From contig NC_086118.1 of assembly GCF_963921235.1 (NCBI RefSeq), forward strand, positions 17,548,001 through 17,612,000: DNA of 64,000 nt, written 5' to 3'. The stretch comes from Mobula hypostoma. Its lineage: Eukaryota. Under the pieces are notes generated by a model. The model had not been told where the DNA came from, searched no databases, and saw only the letters and a list, made by a program, of their open reading frames with translations. A program made the position numbers and the translations under genes. This document shows, one piece after another, positions 1 through 11,379 of this stretch (position 1 is the stretch's first letter; each line of letters starts with the position of its first letter).

Positions 1-191
1 CCACTGAAGAGCAATATGATCAAAGAAGTGGATGGGCGAAGACTTCGTAATTCCAACTTAATTTGTAAATAATGACCTTGCAGCTGATGTTCTGCAGACT
101 GAACTTCAACAAGGGCATATTACACTATTTCTAACACCTGCAGTACTGTTTAAATCCAATTGGTGGCACCATGGAGCACAGCAGTCGCAAG

Positions 192-207
192 TAGCGCCAC
201 CTCCTGG
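192..207 (-). promoter_or_regulatory. Candidate CTCF-binding motif
   Basis: Minus strand reads CCAGGAGGTGGCGCTA, close to the CTCF core CCASYAGRKGGCRSY, in otherwise AT-rich unique sequence. Confidence 0.4.
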
Positions 208-359
208 AAATCCGTGGAACAACAATCCTATTCAATTGAAATCTGTCCTCATTTTCCCAGCTATTGTTTTCCAGTCCACAGCATAATTTTGTAAAAAAAA
301 GCATACACCAAATATACTTGGATTTATGCATGGCTTACACAATAATATCAAGGATGAGA

Positions 360-840
360 AAATCAGCAGTTGCTGGAAATCCAAGCAACACATAGAAAAT
401 GCTGGAGGAACTCAGCAGGCCAGGCAGCGTCTATGGAAAAGAGTAAACAGTTGATGTTTCAGATTGAGACCCTTCATCAGGACTGGAAAGAACGGTGAGA
501 AGTTAGAGCAAGAAGGTGGGGGAGGGGTGAGGAAGAAGTACAAGGTAGTAGGTGGTAGGTGAAACTGGGAGAGGGGAAGGGGAGAGTAAAGAGCTGGGAA
601 GCTAATGGGTGAAAGAGATAACGGGCTGGAGAAGGGAGAATCTGACAGGGGAGACATTCCGTGTGCAGGTCAGTGGGACTAGGCTGAAAATAGTTCAGCA
701 CAGCCAAGAAGCCTGTTTCTGTACTGTAGTTCTTCTGTGGTTTCTATGGTTCTCTCTGGGAGGGTAAAAGACCACAGAAGATAGGGAAGGGGAGGTACCA
801 GAGGGAAGTAATGGACAGGTAAGAAGATAAGGAAATAAAA
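360..840 (-). mobile_element. Degenerate Penelope-like element terminal region with a decayed hammerhead motif (449-484)
   Basis: Minus strand AGTCCTGATGAAGGGTCTCAATCTGAAACATCAACT, followed by the terminal sequence (GATGCTGCCTGGCCTGCTG-type) shared with other Penelope-like copies here. Confidence 0.65.
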
Positions 841-1240
841 TGAATTAACTCACTACCTGATTAATTTTCCCCTTCCTTCTCTCTCCCTGGAGATATCAAC
901 CACTTTTGTGTTTGAGAATGGAAACTTCACTGTGCTGCCAAATACTATAACCGCAGTATCCCTGGGACTCCCTTTGGTGACCATTGAAAATAACATCACT
1001 TCAAACACAGGGAAAGTCACCTCAGGAAGGCTGTGTTGCCATGTCATAGTAACTCTCCTCATGTTCACATTGATCTGCCTGTTGTTGACCTCTCCACAGC
1101 AATGGAGAAGTCAAATGGAAGAACAACATATCATATTCTACTTGGGTAATTTATAACCCAATAGTATGGACATTGAACAAACACACATAAAAGTTGCTGG
1201 TGAACGCAGCAGGCCAGGCAGCATCTCTAGGAAGAGGTGC

Positions 1241-1276
1241 AGTTGACGTTTCAGGCCAGGACCCTTCGTCAGGACT
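1241..1276 (-). ncRNA. Minimal type-I hammerhead ribozyme motif (Penelope-associated)
   Basis: AGTC-CTGACGA-AGG..CCT-GAAAC-GTC-AACT: intact CUGAnGA/GAAA/GUC core, one mismatch in stem I. Confidence 0.75.
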
Positions 1277-2439
1277 AACTGAAGGAAGAGTTAGTAAGGG
1301 ATTTGAAAGCTGGAGGGGGAGGGGGAGGGGGAGATGCAAAATGATAGGAGAAGACAGGAGGGGGAGGGATAGAGCCGAGAGCTGGACAGGTGATAGGCAA
1401 AAGGGGATACGAGAGGATCATGGGACAGGAGGTCTGGGAAGAAAGACGGGGGGGGGGTGACCCAGAGGATGGGCAAGAGGTATATTCAGAGGGACAGAGG
1501 GAGAAAAAGGAGAGTGAGAGAACGAATGTGTGCATAAAAATGAGTAACAGATGGGGTACGAGGGGGAGGTGGGGCCTTAGCGGAAGTTAGAGAAGTCAAT
1601 GTTCATGCCATCAGGTTGGAGGCTACCCAGACGGAATATAAGGTGTTGTTCCTCCAACCTGAGTGTGGCTTCATCTTTACAGTAGAGGAGGCCATGGATA
1701 GACATGTCAGAATGGGAATGGGATGTGGAATTAAAATGTGTGGCCACTGGGAGATCCTGCTTTCTCTGGCGGACAGAGCGTAGATGTTCAGCAAAGCGGT
1801 CTCCCAGTCTGCGTCGGGTCTCGCCAATATATAAAAGGCCACATCGGGAGCACCGGACGCAGTATGTCACCCCAGCCAACTCACAAGTGAAGTGTTGCCT
1901 CACCTGGAAGGACTGTTTGGGGCCCTGAATGGTGGTAAGGGAGGAAGTGTAAGGGCATGTGTAGCACATCCCATTCCCATTCTGACATGTCCCACATCCC
2001 ATTCCCATTCTGACATGTCTATCCACAGCCTCCTCTACTGTAAAGATGAAGCCACACTCAGGTTGGAGGAACAACACCTTATATTCCGTCTGGGTAGCCT
2101 CCAACCTGATGACATGAACATCGATTTCTCTAACTTCCGCTAATGCCCCACCTCCCCCTCGTACCCCATCTGTTACTTATTTTTATACACACATTCTTTC
2201 TCTCACTCTCCCTTTTCTCCCTCTGTCCCTCTGAATATACCTCTTGTCCATCCTCTGGGTTCCCGGCCCCCCCTTGTCTTTCTTCCCGGACCTCCTGTCC
2301 CGTGATCCTCTCGTATCCCTTTTGCCTATCACCTGTCTAGCTCTTGGCTCCATCCCTCCCCCTCCTGTCTTCACCTATCATTTTGGATCTCCCCCACCCC
2401 CTCCAACTATCAAATCCCTTACTCACTCTTCCTTCAGTT

Positions 2440-2475
2440 AGTCCTGACAAAGGGTCTCGGCCTGAAACGTCGACT
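2440..2475 (+). ncRNA. Minimal hammerhead motif with a core mutation (CUGACAA), probably inactive
   Basis: AGTC-CTGACAA-AGGGTCTCGGCCT-GAAAC-GTC-GACT; conserved G8 is changed to A. Confidence 0.65.
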
Positions 2476-2815
2476 GCGCCTCTTCCTAGAGATGCTGCCT
2501 GGCCTGCTGCGTTCACCAGCAACTTTTATGTGTGTTGCTTGAATTTCCAGCATCTGCAGAATTCCTGTTGTGAACATTGAACTATCCAGTTTCAGGTAAC
2601 CCACACCCCCAGTGCTTCCCTCCCATAAACACTCACCTGTCCACCTGTTCCCTTCTCCCTTTGTTCACCTTACTAATCCTCTCCCCTGACTTGCCCATTG
2701 TCTCCTCCCCATCCAGTTCCATCTATAGCCTACCAGCCTCTATCACTAGCCCTCTCCTGTCCCTCTGCGTCCTGCTACATACTGGCAATCTTTCCTTTTC
2801 CCTCTCTGTTTAGAT

Positions 2816-2878
2816 CAGGAGTTCCCAACCTCCGTCTTTGGTATTTGTCCATGGCACAGAAAAGGGTGGGAATCCCTG
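2816..2878. mobile_element. hAT/Charlie-type MITE remnant
   Basis: TIRs CAGGAGTTCCCAACC...GGTGGGAATCCCTG; 8-bp TSD GTTTAGAT/GTTTGGAT. Relatives at 49876-49970 and 58854-58934. Confidence 0.7.
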
Positions 2879-4092
2879 GTTTGGATGCGGGGTCTTAACC
2901 TGGAAGGTCATCTTACTTCTTTTGTCTCTAAAGATGCACCTTGAACCGCTGGGTTCTCCCAGCATCTGTTTTTCATGTTGCTATTCCATTGAGACAACAG
3001 AGGGAGTAAGATTCTGGCAGACAGGTAAATTAGTGAAATTGTACAATACAGATCAACAACTGTATGCTGGTTATATTAAAGGAAGCAGGTTCATACACCT
3101 TGAAAACTGGGATAATAATTTGACCTTTCTAAAATCACAAAATATCATCCTTTTTGACAGTTCAAAAGATTCTGAAATTAAAATTTGCTCTGATCACACA
3201 CTTCTTCCAACAGTTTGAAATTTCCAAGTAGCCTTTTCCGTCGAATCTTTCTTTAAAAAAAATGAATTGTTAGATGTCAGTTTATCTAATGGAATTATAT
3301 TTAAATAGAAAAACACATTTCATTTTATTCAGAAGTTTCTGTCCATGAAGCAGGGAAAAGTATAAAAGGGTAGGAGGGAAATGAATAACACTTGGGTTGA
3401 CATTTCAGAAGTATAATTGATTAATTTGGTTTCCAACTCCACAAATGATTACAGTATTTCCCTTAATATTTACTGTTTTATTTCAGATTTTCAGTGTCTA
3501 CAGTATTTCATTAATACCGTTAGCCACTTAAGTTCTTGCAAGAATGCATCTGCAATTACCATATTTCCCAAGAGTGGTCACAGTTCCTGTTTTAGCACAT
3601 AACAGGAGATAATTGAGAGAATTTTTAAGACCGGGAGAATGGGAGATCTAGCTCCCATTATCTCTTTCACCTATTGGCTTCCCAGCTCTTTACTTCACCC
3701 CTCCCCCTCTCCCAGTTTCACCTATCAACTTCCAGGATCCCCACTCTCTCCCCTATCCATCACCCCTATTTCCCTCTCTTTCATGTTCTCCAGTTGGTCA
3801 GCAGGACAGTTATGGCCTGTATTTCTCAATATTGTGTTAGTTTCAGGTTCACTCTCAAGTCTTGAGATTTAATCAGGCTTAGAAGACCATCGGAATGGAT
3901 GGAGAATGAGTGGTGAGTGATAGAGGTGAGAGAGCAAAGGTCAGAGGGTATGAGTGTATTGGCTGGGGAGCAAGGAGACAGAATCAGAATCAGGTTTATT
4001 ATCACTGACATATGTCGTGAAATTTATTGTTTTGCAGCAGTAGTACAGTGAAGTACATAATAAAAACACTATAAATTACAATGAGCAATATA

Positions 4093-4638
4093 CTTAGTGG
4101 CTACTTTATTAGGTATCACATAAAGGAGCCACTGAGTGTATGTTCGTGGACTTCAGCTGCTGCTGTGGGTCCACTTCAAGGTTTGATGGGTTGTGCATTC
4201 AGAGGTGCTCTTCTGCACACCATTGCTGTAACACTAGTTATTTGATTTACTGTCACCCTTCTGTCAGCTTGAACCAGGCTGGCCATTCCCCTCTGACCTT
4301 TCTCATCACCAAGGTGTTTTCGCCCACAGAACTGCCGCTCACTGAAAGTTTTTGTTTGATTTTTGCACCATTTTCTGTGAACTCTAGAGACTGTCATGTG
4401 TGAAAATGCCAAGACATCAGCCGTTTCTGAGGTACTCAAGTCACCCCATCTGGCACCGGTAATCATTTCGTGGTCAAGATCACCTAATTCACATTCTTTG
4501 CCCATTCTGATGTTTGGACTGACTGAACAACTGAACATCTTGACCATGTCTGCATCCTTATATACATTGAGTTGCTGATTAGATACTTGCATTAACGACA
4601 AGGTGCACAGGTGTACTTTATGAAATAGCCGCTGAGTG
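4093..4638 (-). mobile_element. Non-autonomous Tc1/mariner element
   Basis: Degenerate TIRs (CTTAGTGGCTACTTTATTAGGTA...GTACTTTATGAAATAGCCGCTGAGTG). The minus ORF has a Tc1-type HTH (ELGDLDHEMITGARWGDLSTSETADVLAFSHMTVSRVHRKW). Confidence 0.8.
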
Positions 4639-5046
4639 CAGATATTAAAAACATCGAAATAATCAGTGCAAAAAGAGAGCAAAAGTAGTGATGTAGTGTT
4701 CATGAGCGTACTAGCTGTTCAGAAATCTGATGAGAGGAGAGGGATTCAGGAAGGAACTCAAAGGCAGGTTAATGTCTGCCCAGACTTTTTCAGAAGAATT
4801 AAGCTTTAAGATTTTGTTTCACTGGCATTAAACAAACTAATCTTTTCCATAAACAAATAAGCACACTGCACGCCAATGCAAAATTTCATTTTATATTGGT
4901 TCAGTACCTACAGACTCAATCCAATAGTTTAGTGAACTCATTTTGTATTATTGATTTATATTATTTAAAATATATGGAAAAATATATATTATAGAACAAA
5001 AGTTCCATAACTACTACTATTATTGTTATCATTACTATTATTATTA

Positions 5047-5800
5047 TCTGAATGGTGGCCAATTAGGAAAAGGGGAGGTGCAACGAGACCTGGGTGTCAT
5101 TATACACCAGTCATTGAAAGTGGGCATGCAGTTACAGCAGGTGGTGAAAAAGGTGAATGGTATGCTGGCATTCATAGCAAGAGATTTCGAGTACAGGAAC
5201 AGGGAGGTACTACTGCAGTTGTACAAGGCCTTGGTGAGACCACACCTGGAGTATTGTGTGCAGTTTTGGTCCCCTAATCTGAGGAAAGACATTCTTGCCA
5301 TAGAGGGAGTACAAAGAAGGTTCACCAGATTGATTCCTGGGGTGGCAGGACTTTCATATGATGAAAGACTGGATAGACTAGGCTTATACTCACCGGAATA
5401 TAGAAGATTGAGGGGGGATTTTATTGAAACATATAAAATTCTAAAGGGATTGGACAGGCTAGATGCAGGAAGATTGTTCCCAATGTTGGGGAAGTCCAGA
5501 AAGACGGGTCACAGCTTAAGGATAAAGGGGAAGCCTTTTAGGACCAAGATGAGGCAAAACTTCTTCACACAGAGAGTGGTGAATCTGTGGAATTCTCTGC
5601 CACAGGAAACAGTTGAGGCCAGTTCATTGGCTATATTTAAGAGGGAGTTAGATATGGCCCTTGTGGCTAAAGGGATCAGAGGGTATGGAGGGAAGGCAGG
5701 TGCAGGGTTCTGAGTTGGATGATCAGCCATGATCATACTGAATGGCGGTGCAGGCTCGAAGGGCCGAATGGCCTACTCCTGCACCTATTTTCTATGTTTT
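5047..5800 (+). mobile_element. 5'-truncated CR1-clade LINE (ORF2 C-terminus plus 3' UTR)
   Basis: ORF 5078-5713 contains [33 protein letters not shown] and [16 protein letters not shown]1-type 3' tail GGGCCGAATGGCCTACTCCTGC. Confidence 0.9.
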
Positions 5801-6283
5801 TACTTTAATTTCTGCGATTAAAGATATGGAGAGTAAAATTCTAAATGTCCGACGTCCAAACAAACCAGTAGATAAATTACTATTCAGTAATTGAACTTGC
5901 ATTTTTGCATCACCGGTCACTAACTGTTGTGTCAGCCACTGTCTGTGCACTGGGATTTTGATTACTTAAGCTTTGTAGTAAAGTATCAGGAGGAGTTAAA
6001 ATAGTGGTGAATCTATGTCCCACTGAGCTTCTTCTGAAACCCCACATACATCAAACAGCCATGGAGCCAAACCATTGGGCTCTGTTATGATAAATCAGGT
6101 TGTTCGTATTTCAAAAATATACTTTATTCACAATGTATACACAGGAAGTACAATTGTAGAACATAGAACTGAACAGGCCCTTTGGTCTACCATGATGTGC
6201 TGATATTTCGACCTACTCCAAGATCAATTGAATACTTCTTTCGCACATCATCCTCCATTTCTCATTCATCTATGTGCCTATCT

Positions 6284-6594
6284 CCTCCAAGAGGACCACA
6301 ACCTTGTCGTAGGGTTTGGAGGCTCGCGTGCCTCAACGGCCCAGAGAGCTATGTTGGTTGGAGTCAGGGTCTTGTGCTTTGGCTCTTGGTAGGGTCACCT
6401 ATGCCAAACAGGTCAAAAGGTAGAGGTGACACTAAGAGTGGTCCACCAGTCCTCCACGTTCGGGGGTTTGGCTCAGGGCGAGCAAACCTGACCAGTCAAA
6501 AACAATTGTTACGGAAACAGCAATGAAGAATCCTTCTATACAGACAGAGATGGAGGACCACGACTGCAACCGCATAACGGGCAATAAGTTAAGT
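6284..6594 (+). mobile_element. Short non-autonomous RTE-related retroelement with 13-bp TSD, inserted in a CR1 remnant
   Basis: TSD TATGTGCCTATCT at 6271-6283 / 6595-6607. 5' part resembles RTE/BovB-type 5' ends (ACCTTGTCGT...GAGCTATG...GGGTCACC...CAGGTC...GTGGTCCA); short TAAGT tail. Confidence 0.65.
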
Positions 6595-6879
6595 TATGTG
6601 CCTATCTAAGAGTCTCTTAAATGTCTTTAGTGTATCTGCTTCTACCGCCACTCCTGGCAGCATGTTCCACACAGTTATCATTCTGTGTAAGACATAGACG
6701 TTCATTGCAGCATTAATGCAATACCTTTTCTTGCAATTTTTATTAGATAAATATATTTTGTTCATAAGATATACATAGAACGTATGATTTGTCCATATTT
6801 TTTATTATTTACTTTTTACTACTCACTATAATTGAGTTTGCATTATCAACTCAATTTATTCTCTTACAATGCATCAGCA

Positions 6880-7200
6880 CACATTACAGTTCTTCCTCAG
6901 TGCACCTATGAAATGGTTATTATGAAGGATCCAGCCTCTGTGTTCAGTGGTGCCAAAAGACTTGACTGTGGTCCTTTGTGGTGGCTGCATTGAGTTTTAG
7001 AGCATGCCCAAGCACATGCCTATCACCAAAACCTTCTTGCTGACATCCCCTTTCAGTGGAAGACCAACAAGTTTCAGGTAGCCTTGAGTGCGGCTTTCGC
7101 TGAATCACGGGCCTTCAGCACCAGTGTGTATCCTTACCGATACACAACTCCTATACATCACAGAGTACTGTATTATACAGCTGGGTGGACCTTGACAAAG
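6880..7200 (-). mobile_element. Decayed Tx1/L1-like ORF2 C-terminal fragment
   Basis: Weak resemblance of the minus-strand translation to Tx1-type C-termini; heavily degraded. Confidence 0.35.
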
Positions 7201-7750
7201 TCAGAGTCAAGTACATTTATTATTAAGTCACCATATATTATCTTGCGATTAATTTTCTTACAATTACAGGAAAATAGGAAGTACAATAGAATGTATGAAA
7301 AACTATACATAAACAAAGACTGACAAACAACCAATGTGCAAAAGAGGCAAATTGCACAAATAGAAAAAATAATATTGAGAAAATGAGTTGTAGAGTCCTT
7401 CAAAATGAGTCTGTGAGATGTGAAGTCAGTTCAGAGTTGAGGCGAGTGCTAGTTCAGGAGTCTGAGGATTAGGGTAATAATAGTTCCTAAAACTGGTGGT
7501 GTAGGACCTAAAGCTCCTGTATTTTTACACAATGATAGTAGGAAGAAGAAAGCATCACTTGTCTGTCAGGATTTGTGGTGATTTTAAGGTCACCATTAAC
7601 CCAGTACTGAAAATAGATCAATACCCTCTGCCCAGGAGAGCGGATATCTTTGCAAACCTTCTGCGGGGAAACACTTTTGAAAAGTGGACTTAGCTGAGAC
7701 CTACCTACAGATGTGGGTGTAAGAAGAGACCAAAGTGTTCCTCAACATAA

Positions 7751-8272
7751 TGTGACGAAAAACCAAGTTATCAGAAGATTGATGCAAATGAGAGAGGTAA
7801 GTGAGACAATGGAAAAACATTCCAAATGTTAATGAGAGAGGAGAAGCGAGATTAACGAAAAGAGACACAGTTCCGAGTATTGACAGACCGGTTGCTTTGA
7901 ACCTGAACTGTTTGAAGTTTGATGTACAGGCGATACCACAGCAGGGGGATAAAAGGAACAGGTTCACTAAGGCACGACAGACACCACGAGATCATGAGAT
8001 AATGAGACCCTGGAAAAGCGGTGTGCCCCCACAAGTTGGTGGAAATTTGGAGGTCTGGTCGCGGGACCGGCCATAGGCGCACAGGGTGAAAAGGTACGAT
8101 CGGCGGGAACCTGGTGTGTGTGTCCGCCCTTGCCTGGGTGCCAGGTTCACCGCGGAAGAACAGTCGTATCCGGAACGGAGGGGTCACAGTCGGTGACCAC
8201 AGAAGACAGAAAAGGGTTCGCCCGAAAGCTAACTGCGAAGAACAAAGGTCTGTGTGAACCAGAATTTGCATA

Positions 8273-8317
<45 letters not shown>

Positions 8318-8604
8318 GGCACAACAGCGATTACTGCGAACTGTACTCAGCTGAACTAAACTCTGCGTCACTTGAGACTGATCAGTTTACCCCTAGACTG
8401 CGATAGAGCTTGATTGATTCCTATTATTCTAGTTCTGTGTACATGTGTGTTCTATCATTGCTAACCTGTTGCATTTATATTCTTGCGATTAGAGTACTGT
8501 GTTAGTTATTTCTTTAATAAAACTTTCTTAGTTCCAGTAATCCAGACTCCAACTAAGTGGTCCATTTCTGCTGGTTTGGCAACCCAGTTACGGGGTATGT
8601 AACA
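7751..8604 (+). repeat. 5' LTR of element A
   Basis: Direct repeat of 12746-13583; contains a (CT)n tract and AATAAA near 8516. Confidence 0.95.
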
Positions 8605-8703
8605 TAAGTGGGGTTCTCGTCCGCGATTTTGAACGCTAAATTTGGGACGGGGTAAATTGATTGGGTTAAAATTCCCGAAAGAAAGCAAGGGCAAACAGCA
8701 GAA

Positions 8704-11379
8704 ATGGAGATTGAGGAATTTCTAAAGGCGCTGACCCTGGAGGCATTAGAGGATGCCAGGAAATCAGAATTGGTAGCTGTGGCCAAACGGTTGAATCTTG
8801 TTAAGGGGAAGTCGACAATGAGGAGAGTGGAGATGCACAGAGCTATCATAGAGCACTATGTATCTAAAGGTGTGATTCCCCAAGGGGAGCTGGAGGTGGT
8901 AGCTATTGGAAAACCTGGTGGAGAAGCAGTACAGCTGCAGATTGAAAAATTGAGACTCGAGCATGAGTTCCGGGTAAAGCAGCTGGAGCGAGAAGAGAAA
9001 CAGTTAGAACGTGAAGAGAGAATAAAACAGTTGGAGGCAGAAGAGAGGGACAGGCAGTTAGAACGAGAAGCGAGAGAGAAGCAGAGGGAAAGGGAATTTG
9101 AGCTGGAGAAGTTAAAGATGACGATAGCGCTGGGGCCCATGCTGAACCAAGGTGAAGGGTTCAGGGCGACCCAGGAGGTTAGGCTGGTTCCCCCATTTGA
9201 CGAGACCGATGTTGATCGGTACTTTCTCCGTTTTGAAAAAGTTGCTGCAATTCAGGACTGGCCGGGGGATAAGTGGGCTGTTTTGCTTCAGAGTGTACTT
9301 AAAGGAAAAGCCAAACAAGCTTACTCGGCCTTGTCCGCAGAAGATGCCCAGAGGTATGATGTGGTGAAAGAGGCCATACTCAGGATTTATGAGTTGGTCC
9401 CGGAGGCATACCGGCAGAGGTTCCGGAATGCGAGGAAGCAGTGGGGCCGCACGTATTTAGAGTTTGCCCGTGAGATGTAGATATATTGTGAGTGTTGATG
9501 CGCCTCGGAAGGGGTCAATGGGGATTATGACAGACTGCTACAGCTAATACTGATTGAGCAGTTTAAAGGTTGTGTCCCTGAAGGTATGAGACCCTACTGT
9601 TACGTAGCCCGTAACTGGGTTGCCAAACCAGCAGAAGTGGATCACTCAGTTGGAGTCTGGATTACTAGAACTAAGGAAGTTTTATTAAAGAAACAAGCAA
9701 CGCAGTACTCTAATCAAAAGGATAATGAATGCAACAGTTCAGCAATGATAAACATAAATGTACACAGAATTAAGATAACAGGATCAATCAAGCTCTATCG
9801 TTGTCTAGGGGTAAATGACCAGTTTCAAAGTGACGCAAAGTTCAGTTCAATTTAGTTCAGTTCAGTTCGCAGTAATCGCTATCATGGGAGATGGACAGTG
9901 GGGGGAAGGAGAGAGAGAGCAAAACGAATGAATATTCAAGGCTTCCACACAGACCTTCGCAGTCAGCTTTCGGGCAAGCCCTTTGTGATGTCATCTGAGG
10001 TCACCGACAGTGACCCCTCCGTTTCCAGATACGATCGTTTCCCTGCGGTGAACCTGGCACCCAGGCAAGGGTGGACACACTCCAGGTTCCCGCCGATCGT
10101 CCCTTTCCACCCTGTGCATCTATGGCCTGGTACTTCCCACCGACTTGTGAGAGACGCACCGCTTCCAGGGTCTTGTTACCTCGGGTGTCGTGTGTGTCTC
10201 CTGCTTTAGCGAACCTGTCCCTTTTTATCCCCCTGCTGGGGTATCGCCTGTCCATCACTTCAAACAGTTCAGGGTTCAAAGGGGGAGCCGCTCTAGACAG
10301 CTCTCTCCTTCTGTTACTTTCTCTCCCGTCCCTTCATTAACATCTCCAAATGCTGTTCCATTGTTTTCCTTATCTCCCTCTCCCTGAAGACAGGTGGCAG
10401 ACCAACTGCTGATCCCACTGGTGCCAGCACAGGACAGCTACATCTTAATCTATGTGTATTCTTGTCACACTACCTAGATGAGAAAGAGGCAGACACGTTA
10501 GCCGCAACTGCTAAGTTAGCGGATGAGTACGCGTTGACACATAAAACGAAGTTTACCCCGAGTAAAGGCTACCAGAAGGGTAGTCAGGACGGCGGGAAGA
10601 GTCCGCCAGAAAAGTCAGAAAGTAAGCTGGGGACTAGTGAGAAGGATAAGGAAGACCGGGAGCAGTTTGGTAGGAAGTCTCCTGGGGTCGTATGCTATAA
10701 TTGTGGGAAAGCCGGTCACTTTGCGTTCAGGTGCTTTGCCCCGAAGGAGACGGGGAAAGGGAAAACGACGGTTCCGACTGGCTGTATTGAGCTGGTAAAC
10801 AAACCGCTAGGGAAGAAGAGGTCTGATAAAGTTCAGGAAGGGTGCGAGAGGTTTATTTCGGCAGGATTGGTGTCGGTGAAGGAGGGGTCAAACCCAGTTC
10901 CAGTACGGATCTGGAGAGACATGGAAGCTTTTCAGTCACTGATCTTAAGGAGTGTTTTAGACTTTAGTTCAGAGACCAAGACTGGGGAGGTCAGTGTGAT
11001 AAAAGGCATTGGGAAAGGGACTGAAGCAGTACCTTTGCACCAGATACACCTAAAAAGCGCCTTGGTCTCCGGACTGGTCACGATCAGGGTGAGGCCCGAA
11101 CTACCGATGGAAGACGTGGAGGTCTTACTCGGTAATGACCTCGCCAGCGGAGAGGTGTACCCAGCAGTAAGATTGACAAGCCAGCCTGCCAGCACTGAGA
11201 CCCCACCCATGGACTCACAGGTTTATCCCGTTTGCGCAGTGACTCGGGGCATGTCCAGAAAGGCTGCCAAAATGAATATAGATTTAGCTGAGACGTTTCT
11301 ACCAGCCTTGTACTGGGGGGGTTTGAAAGTGAAAAGAAGGAGCATAGTAAAACGGGAGGAAGTGAGGGAGTTGAGGTAA
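8704..11379 (+). pseudogene. gag-protease region of element A, broken by stops and a solo-LTR insertion
   Basis: ORFs 8704-9480 and 10462-11379; removing 9598-10473 restores MRPY|LDEKEADTL. Confidence 0.85.
9598..10469 (-). mobile_element. Solo LTR of a sister subfamily, inserted antisense into gag of element A
   Basis: TG...CA ends, 4-bp TSD CTAC (9594-9597 / 10470-10473). The reverse complement matches element A's LTR closely at the 3' end and diverges at the 5' end. Confidence 0.92.

Larger units (their letters stand above)
1179..2573. mobile_element. Young truncated Penelope-like retroelement with inverted arms, encoding the GIY-YIG endonuclease C-terminus
   Basis: ORF 1577-2104(-) has VTYCVRCSRCGLLYIGETRRRLGDRFAEH (GIY-YIG, PLE type). 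Region ~1179-1726 is the inverted repeat of ~1993-2535. A 9-bp direct repeat ACATTGAAC flanks it (1170-1178 / 2574-2582). Confidence 0.9.
1080..2990 (+). mobile_element. Old Penelope-like fragment (GIY-YIG C-terminus plus 3' region), split by a younger Penelope insertion and a hAT MITE
   Basis: EEQHIIFYLGNL*PNSMDIE at 1110-1178 continues as LSSFR* after 2582, matching the C-terminus of the younger element (EEQHLIFRLGSLQPDGMNIDFSNFR). Confidence 0.7.

Noticed and set aside
1..331. Exon of a neighbouring gene
   Set aside because: No recognisable protein or consistent splice sites.
5078..5713. 211-aa ORF as a host gene
   Set aside because: It is the CR1 ORF2 C-terminus.
7801..8354. ORFs within element A's LTRs (also 12766-13350)
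   Set aside because: Non-coding LTR sequence; poly-ER/LS runs come from the (CT)n microsatellite.
8704..9480. Domesticated gag/SCAN gene
   Set aside because: Lies in a TSD-flanked provirus, ends in a premature stop and is followed by a solo-LTR disruption; no sign of domestication.
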